Assembly (NCBI GenBank): GCA_048881705.1
Contig: JBHLSH010000095.1
Span: 1-11,475, forward strand
Reading direction: 5' to 3'
DNA from: Candidatus Heimdallarchaeota archaeon
Lineage (GTDB): Archaea > Asgardarchaeota > Heimdallarchaeia > Hodarchaeales > Hodarchaeaceae
Length of the DNA: 11,475 nucleotides
The translations under genes were made by a program, and so were the position numbers. Positions 6,590 to 11,475 of the stretch are shown here, one piece after another (the stretch's first letter is position 1; each line of letters begins with the position of its first letter). The notes under the pieces were generated by a model that had not been told where the DNA came from, ran no database searches, and saw only the letters and a list, made by a program, of their open reading frames with translations.

Positions 6590-6981
6590 AAGGTATTTTT
6601 CTCTATTCTTCCGTTAAGCGAGCCAGTTTTTATAAGGGTCTGAATAGCCTTTTCAACAGAGGTAGATGAAATTCCTTTTATCTCAATTTGATCTATCGCC
6701 GTTGGTTCTCGGATTAAAGAAACAGCTTGGAGAAGAGTTTCCTTTTTTGACATCCCTGAGCCTATCTCATCACCTTTGATTTTTTTCAAAGAGGCCTTAA
6801 TGGATGCACCGCAAGTTGGGCACCGGAAACTTCCCATAATAGTCAGTGTCACACGTCCTTCTTTATCTGGCATGGGACTGACTAGCTGCCAGGTCTTACT
6901 AGGTGGTGTCTCGGTTGGGTTGATGGTGGTATCACACTTTTTACAGACAATCGCTTTGCTACGCTTTTTCTTTGGAGGCAT
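6577..6981 (-). CDS. Zinc-ribbon protein with Cren7-like N-terminal domain and C-terminal PCI-like winged helix (putative DNA-binding/chromatin protein)
   Basis: CKKC and CPTC pairs bracket PSKTWQLVSPMPDKEGRVTLTIMGSF. C-terminus SVEKAIQTLIKTGSLNGRIEKNTFY is winged-helix-like. Start set at ATG 6981 (GGGAG 7 nt upstream) rather than the track's GTG 6996. The CDS is solid; the family call is by eye. Confidence 0.7.
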   Translation of the reverse strand: MPPKKKRSKAIVCKKCDTTINPTETPPSKTWQLVSPMPDKEGRVTLTIMGSFRCPTCGASIKASLKKIKGDEIGSGMSKKETLLQAVSLIREPTAIDQIEIKGISSTSVEKAIQTLIKTGSLNGRIEKNTFYPE

Positions 6982-7014
6982 GTGAAATTCTCCCACAAAA
7001 CACGATAGAGATTT

Positions 7015-7242
7015 TTAAGACGAAACCAATTGGATTGAGGTTTTCAAACAGGCATGACACAGTTCTCCCCCGTAAGGGCGGGCCGCATGCCTAGTGCTCT
7101 TGGTTCTTTTTCTTCTTTGTAAATGAATAATGGCTCCACAGATCCGACAGTGACCCTTAGATGGTCCTTTCTTTATAGACTGGCGAAGAGATCTGGTTCC
7201 AGGACTTTTCTTTTGAGTAGTTCCCTTTTTAGTCGATACCAC
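7015..7242 (-). CDS. rpl34e: 50S ribosomal protein eL34 (short, divergent)
   Basis: KKSPG, CRICG, RPYGGELCHACL zinc signature. Lies directly downstream of DUF106 as in the usual archaeal order. GTG start. Confidence 0.9.
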   Translation of the reverse strand: MVSTKKGTTQKKSPGTRSLRQSIKKGPSKGHCRICGAIIHLQRRKRTKSTRHAARPYGGELCHACLKTSIQLVSS

Positions 7243-7263
7243 GGTAGGTTAATCTCCAAACAG

Positions 7264-7270
7264 TTTATAA
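7264..7270 (-). promoter_or_regulatory. Candidate TATA box (TTATAAA) upstream of rpl34e
   Basis: Consensus-like TATA element ending 21 nt before the GTG, within an AT-rich 66-bp spacer. No clear BRE. Confidence 0.35.
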
Positions 7271-7308
7271 CGAAATCCTATTCAGTTTTATCATATATAT
7301 CTTCATTT

Positions 7309-7887
7309 TTAATCTGGCTGCAGGCCGAATGCTCTTCTGAAAATTCCCGAAAACAGCAATGAGCCTGCCATATACCACATGTAATAAAACGGTACAAAAA
7401 CCCTCCCCCATTCCGGATGTACGATATTTCTTCCTGTGGGAAGGATAATGAGGGATTCAGGGAGGTTAAACGGTATTATAGCAGGTAAAGTACCACGGGC
7501 TTCCCAAATGCCGTCTACTTCAATGAAATTAGGGTCGTAATAAGCATTGAAAACTGCAAAAAACACTAGCATCGGAATAATTAGAATTAACATCGGTTTC
7601 ATTTGCATCCTACTTAGCTCAGACTGCACGCGCCGCATCCGATCGGCTTCGTGCTCATATTGTTTTTTTAGTTTTACATCCGCAGTTTTAAGCATTCGTG
7701 TGCGGAGTTTTTGATAGCGTTTCGTCTCTCGAGTAAGTCTACGGAGTTTATCCGTGTCAGTAAGATATCTAGCAACTCCTGCAGAGAGAAGTGAAACAAA
7801 AAAGGCAACCAGGAGGATAAAGATGGATGATAAGGGAGGTTCAGTAGGAGGAAACTGGGCCAAGGACAATATATTCACATCAAGCAT
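7309..7887 (-). CDS. DUF106 / EMC3-TMCO1 family membrane protein (Oxa1-superfamily insertase)
   Basis: TM1 (IFILLVAFFVSLLSAGVARYL), cytosolic coiled coil, QMKPMLILIIPMLVFFAVF (TM2), loop, then WYMAGSLLFSGIFRRAFG (TM3). This three-TM layout with KPM and WY motifs is typical of the family, which normally precedes rpl34e. Confidence 0.88.
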   Translation of the reverse strand: MLDVNILSLAQFPPTEPPLSSIFILLVAFFVSLLSAGVARYLTDTDKLRRLTRETKRYQKLRTRMLKTADVKLKKQYEHEADRMRRVQSELSRMQMKPMLILIIPMLVFFAVFNAYYDPNFIEVDGIWEARGTLPAIIPFNLPESLIILPTGRNIVHPEWGRVFVPFYYMWYMAGSLLFSGIFRRAFGLQPD

Positions 7888-7915
7888 GTTGTGCTATCAT
7901 TAGAAGATTCAGTTG

Positions 7916-7922
7916 TATATAA
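7916..7922 (-). promoter_or_regulatory. Candidate TATA box (TTATATA) for the DUF106 gene, probably a leaderless or short-leader transcript
   Basis: TTATATA lies 29-35 nt upstream of the ATG at 7887 and no SD is visible before that ATG. Confidence 0.45.
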
Positions 7923-8035
7923 TGTCGTACAACACTTTTCTGCTGTTTTACATCCAAGTTCTCAGCCGTTTTTTATCATTGATTTCTTGATATTATTCTC
8001 TGGCCGAAAACCAGATTCCCCGGAATATGGAGTCA

Positions 8036-9508
8036 TTAAGCTTTACGAACAATTTTTTTTGCTTCTAATGCATAATATAAGACTTCGGCCACGGATCTAT
8101 CCTTGGTCCGGCTGTCTTGACGCAATCGAGCAACACGTTTAAAACGGTTAATCTCTTCCTGAGCTCGTCGTGCCTCAATGTAAAGGCCTTCTCGTTGAGC
8201 GGTCTCTAGAACTTGCTCAATTTCAGTGAAGTCCGTTTCTCCCTCCAAGGTAATTTTTAACATGGCATTCACCATCGAGGCTCTTACATATCCTCGTAGG
8301 TGATCGGTGTCTTTCGTAATCTGTATTGCTTCTTCTATCAATTCTTGGGCTGTCCCCAAAAATGTAATATCAAAATAGATCCGATATCGATATATCGAAA
8401 TGATTGCTAGAGAAATGAGGGCGCCATAAAGGTCAGAGATCCGTGCACGGTCTTTTCGACGTAGAATATAGTTATAAAGTTCTTCAGCTCGAGCTAAATT
8501 TAGTTTGGTTAACTCCAAATTTCCCTTGTCTCCTGCAATGGCCATACGGCCCCATGGTAGGGATTTAAAGTCAAAAGATTGGCTAGATTCCACATTAGCT
8601 TGACGAAGGATGCGTTCCAGTTCTGCTATTAGGGTTGTTACTTGATTCAAATCTCCTAGTTCAAGGAAAAGGTCACAAAATCTTGATAGATGTCCAAAAC
8701 GATCAGAAAGAGGGATTATATTTTCGTTTGTTTTTAGTAGAGTCTCAAAATCGCCGTAATACTTGGCTAGAACTTCAATAGGTTTTTCACCCTCTTCTGA
8801 AAGAGATACAAGTTGTGATTCTACATCTGCAATTGACACAAGGACTTCAAGGAGTTTTCGTTCATTACTCAAGTATTCAAAAATCTGAAAAGCGATCTCA
8901 TAATTCCGACGAGCTTCCTTTAGATTACCTAGACGTAGAAAGCACTCTCCAATTCCATGATGTATCTGTGCAATGTAATATTTGTCATTTTCTTCAATAG
9001 CGTACTCAAGTGCCTTTTGGAATTCTTTAAAGATCGAATCGAAGCGGGATTCTCCGCGTTGAATCGACCGTTTCCCATGCCTGAAAATAACGGTCTTTAG
9101 AATCTTTTTCTTCTCTCCCTCCGATAACTGGGTTTCTGCGATTTCACGTGCCTCCTGAAAACTCGCTTGAGCTATTTCAGGAACATTGGTGGATTGAGCA
9201 AGCTCGAGAAGAGCGTTAACAATTCCCTTGTGATAATGTAATACTCTTGCGTTTTCTAGATTCCGATTTAAGTCGATCTGTTGATTACTAAAGTTTTTTC
9301 CTTCCCAAACGCGCTGGAACATTGCCAGATTCGTGAGGGCATCAATTTCAGCAAAACGGTCTTGACGGTCTTCTGCTTGGCCTCTCACAAAATACCAAAT
9401 TTCCGCAGCTCGGATTTCGTTCCCATGAATCCACTCATTCCACGCCATATCAAGTTGTTCAGTTAACAGTTCTGACCTCGTGGTCATGAATTCATCCGTC
9501 CCAGACAT
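8036..9508 (-). CDS. Tetratricopeptide-repeat-like alpha-solenoid protein, function unknown
   Basis: 490 aa, predicted all-helical. Clearest repeat: YIAQIHHGIGECFLRLGNLKEARRNYEIAFQIFEYLSNERKLLEVLVSIADVESQL. Weaker repeats elsewhere (EIDALTNLAMF, GIVNALLELA, LELGDLNQV). No catalytic motif recognised. Starts 2 nt after the tiaS stop; second possible ATG at 9487. Confidence 0.75.
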   Translation of the reverse strand: MSGTDEFMTTRSELLTEQLDMAWNEWIHGNEIRAAEIWYFVRGQAEDRQDRFAEIDALTNLAMFQRVWEGKNFSNQQIDLNRNLENARVLHYHKGIVNALLELAQSTNVPEIAQASFQEAREIAETQLSEGEKKKILKTVIFRHGKRSIQRGESRFDSIFKEFQKALEYAIEENDKYYIAQIHHGIGECFLRLGNLKEARRNYEIAFQIFEYLSNERKLLEVLVSIADVESQLVSLSEEGEKPIEVLAKYYGDFETLLKTNENIIPLSDRFGHLSRFCDLFLELGDLNQVTTLIAELERILRQANVESSQSFDFKSLPWGRMAIAGDKGNLELTKLNLARAEELYNYILRRKDRARISDLYGALISLAIISIYRYRIYFDITFLGTAQELIEEAIQITKDTDHLRGYVRASMVNAMLKITLEGETDFTEIEQVLETAQREGLYIEARRAQEEINRFKRVARLRQDSRTKDRSVAEVLYYALEAKKIVRKA

Positions 9509-9510
9509 AT

Positions 9511-10896
9511 CTATCGTCTCTTGATTAATTGATGGCGAGTCTTTAAAAATGCATTAAACAGTTGGGAGAAACTTGTATCCGAGGAGAGGTGGAATTGGAG
9601 ATGTCCATCTCTAACAATCGGCTTAGTTAGATGTCTATGTGCACACACCGGAGGGATATATCTAACCCTGGCTTTAATTTTCCTATGTGATGGAAAGTAA
9701 GTATAATCTTTCGTAGATGTGTCAAAAGAGCATCGTTTGCACTTGAATCCCTGTTTACGGCCAGCAGACTTTAGAGTTATTCCACATTCGGGGCACTTTG
9801 GAGTTTTTCTTTCAGATGAAGTTGCCAAATTAATAATTTCTAATTCTTCAAGATTTATTGTCATAGGAATTTGATTGGACGCTGGTCGTACTCCTCCACT
9901 CACAGTAATTTCATCATCTTCCTCTAGTTCCCGAACTATCTTACGAAATTGTTTAGTGGGTTCGTATGCAGCGCAATCGACCAAAACATGGTCCGAGTTT
10001 AGTTTAAAAATGACATGGCCGCCAGGATAATCTTTTGGTTTGGTGGCTACGGTTCCTCTTACGCGCACTGAAAGATGCGGTTCTAGTTCCTTTCCCTTGA
10101 ATTCCTTAGGAAAGTGAACTTGGGTATGTTGGTTGGTTCTAAACATCATAGAAGTTTGAACAGGCTCTAAGATATTAATCATTTTCCACATTTGAATGAC
10201 TGATTCCGTTGTTTCACCCCTGATCCCGCAAAAGACAGGATCAGGACCATGTGGGGTGATCATGACTTGTCGATTAACATAATCATAATTATTGAAGGTT
10301 AGCGGCGTCTTTTTGTCCGCTTCTATCACTGAATCTATATCGATCAGTCTTTTGGATTTTTTTTGATTAGGGTGACGATAAACGATTAGTTCAAAGGTGT
10401 AATCAGGAGACAGATCGGCCCCAATAGCTGCAGCGGCGCCTATCAATCCTCTTCCCTTCTTTGGATTAAAATACCGAGAATTGGATATCTCATCTAAACT
10501 CCCTGTTACTTGGCTAAGGGGAACCACTTGATAAAGAGCTTGGTAATAAAGATCCCTGAATGATGCTGGAACGTTTCCATCAATTAAAATCAGGCCAGGA
10601 TCTGTGTTCGGGTCTCTTACATCTGCATGGTTCATGATGAGATTAATAATCGCATTCCACAGTTTAATCATTTGTTTTTCCGATGTTACAAAGGTAATAG
10701 CGACCGCTCCATTGCCTCGTGTTTTATAAGGGATATTTGGATTTAATCGGACTAATTTTGGAAAATCTAAAAAGTCGACAGGAATAGAAAGCAATAGGTC
10801 AACGATAAGAGTTCCAATGTAGGTTGTACACATACCATTCTGTGAATCGGTGTCATCTATGCCAAGATGCCAGGTACGGATGTCCGAATTATTCAA
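9511..10896 (-). CDS. tiaS: tRNA(Ile2) agmatinylcytidine synthetase TiaS
   Basis: GIDDTDSQNGMCTTY, LVRLNPNIPYKTRGNGAVA, GRGLIGAAAAIG, TPHGPDPVFCGIRG, FRTNQHT, OB fold (CAAYEPT), zinc ribbon CPECG...CKRC, RHLTKP. TTG start with GGGAG upstream. Confidence 0.96.
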   Translation of the reverse strand: MNNSDIRTWHLGIDDTDSQNGMCTTYIGTLIVDLLLSIPVDFLDFPKLVRLNPNIPYKTRGNGAVAITFVTSEKQMIKLWNAIINLIMNHADVRDPNTDPGLILIDGNVPASFRDLYYQALYQVVPLSQVTGSLDEISNSRYFNPKKGRGLIGAAAAIGADLSPDYTFELIVYRHPNQKKSKRLIDIDSVIEADKKTPLTFNNYDYVNRQVMITPHGPDPVFCGIRGETTESVIQMWKMINILEPVQTSMMFRTNQHTQVHFPKEFKGKELEPHLSVRVRGTVATKPKDYPGGHVIFKLNSDHVLVDCAAYEPTKQFRKIVRELEEDDEITVSGGVRPASNQIPMTINLEELEIINLATSSERKTPKCPECGITLKSAGRKQGFKCKRCSFDTSTKDYTYFPSHRKIKARVRYIPPVCAHRHLTKPIVRDGHLQFHLSSDTSFSQLFNAFLKTRHQLIKRR

Positions 10897-10914
10897 TTAT
10901 CTCCCTTCTTTTCA

Positions 10915-11475
10915 TCAAACGAGTCGAGATAAAACACCAGAAACCAATAATGGCAATACTAAGGTTACATCGCCCATGATATCAATCCATTTAGCATCAA
11001 CAGCTACTTTGCCCCACGATATGGCCTCCCGCATGGAAGCTCCACTAACCCCGCCATGTTCAGGTCTATCCATCGTGATTTGGATGGCATAACTTAGGCC
11101 ATCATGTAATTGGGAGCCATTCATAATGAAATGTTTTGGTACGCCACCACCCAAGATAAGGGCACCCATTCGTTTGGTTTCATAGACAATCTGAGCAAAT
11201 TCAGTATGGTCCTGGAGGACATCTATTATTAATGGCCTTGACTGAGAAAAAAGCCAGGACTGTACCCCCAGTAAGGAGTCCGCAAAAGAGGGCGAAAAAA
11301 TGGGTATGTTTTTAAGAAACGCTGATCGAATGATGGAGTTAGAATCTGAGATCAGTCGCCCGAGTTCATAAAGGAAGCTGCGTGTGCTCATCTTTTTATT
11401 TGGAACGGTTTCAAGCATTTGCTGTGCAAGAGTTTCAAATTCCGCAAAAGCCCTATATGGGATTAATGTACTGAA
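10915..11475 (-). CDS. dys: Deoxyhypusine synthase, C-terminal part (gene starts beyond the window)
   Basis: Frame is open from 11475 (FSTLIPYRAFAEFETLAQQMLE...). Motifs IPIFSPSFADSLLG, GALILGGGVPKHF, YAIQIT...GGVSGASMREAISWGKV (Lys equivalent to the catalytic lysine) and GDVTLVLPLL. Confidence 0.95.
   Translation of the reverse strand, partial: FSTLIPYRAFAEFETLAQQMLETVPNKKMSTRSFLYELGRLISDSNSIIRSAFLKNIPIFSPSFADSLLGVQSWLFSQSRPLIIDVLQDHTEFAQIVYETKRMGALILGGGVPKHFIMNGSQLHDGLSYAIQITMDRPEHGGVSGASMREAISWGKVAVDAKWIDIMGDVTLVLPLLVSGVLSRLV

Noticed and set aside
6295-7362. ORFs 6295..6513 (-), 6776..6985 (+) and 7123..7362 (+)
   Set aside because: Antisense to truD, the zinc-ribbon gene and rpl34e/DUF106; no independent support.
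7908-7978. Possible C/D-box sRNA on the minus strand (ATGATAA ... CTGA ... CTGA)
   Set aside because: C-to-D' spacer is 7 nt and the second spacer about 49 nt, unlike the roughly 12-nt guides of archaeal C/D RNAs; no convincing C' box.
7999-8026. Short hairpin TCTGG/CCAGA and dyad ATTCC-N2-GGAAT after the TPR stop
   Set aside because: 5-bp arms, no adjacent U-tract on the coding strand; not distinguishable from chance.
7891-8142. 83-aa plus-strand ORF crossing the DUF106-TPR spacer
   Set aside because: GTG start without SD, runs over the candidate promoter and into the TPR gene antisense, no recognisable domain.
8815-11092. Plus-strand ORFs 8815..9000, 9281..9466 and 10850..11092
   Set aside because: Short antisense shadows of the TPR, tiaS and dys genes.
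1-11475. tRNA, rRNA, CRISPR arrays, IS elements and long repeats
   Set aside because: None recognised. All intergenic spacers are under 170 bp and show no cloverleaf, periodic repeat or terminal inverted repeat by eye.

Overview
An archaeal housekeeping window of translation, protein-targeting and tRNA/protein-modification genes. Contents in order: 3' end of spt5 (+); uL10/P0 (+); a minus-strand run uL1-eL39-eL31-aIF6-eL20(LX)-prefoldin alpha-ftsY; uL11 and truD (+, divergent from uL1); then a minus-strand block of deoxyhypusine synthase (5'-truncated by the window), tiaS, a 490-aa TPR-like protein, a DUF106/EMC3-TMCO1 (Oxa1-superfamily) membrane protein, eL34, and a 134-aa zinc-ribbon protein. 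spt5 and eL39 are absent from the supplied ORF track and were read from the DNA. I saw no rRNA, tRNA, CRISPR array, mobile element or long repeat. The style of the TPR and winged-helix proteins suggests an Asgard (possibly Heimdallarchaeia-like) source, but this is inference only. Most notable: (i) the 134-aa protein looks like a Cren7-like zinc ribbon fused to a PCI-like winged helix, a candidate chromatin protein; (ii) the spt5-L11-L1-L10-L12 cluster is permuted, uL10 lacks its acidic tail and no P1/L12 gene follows; (iii) the uL10 leader resembles the 23S rRNA H43-H44 sequence; (iv) eL39 probably starts at CTG; (v) a TPR protein lies next to an EMC3-like insertase. All family calls are by-eye motif recognition; no searches or folding calculations were run.
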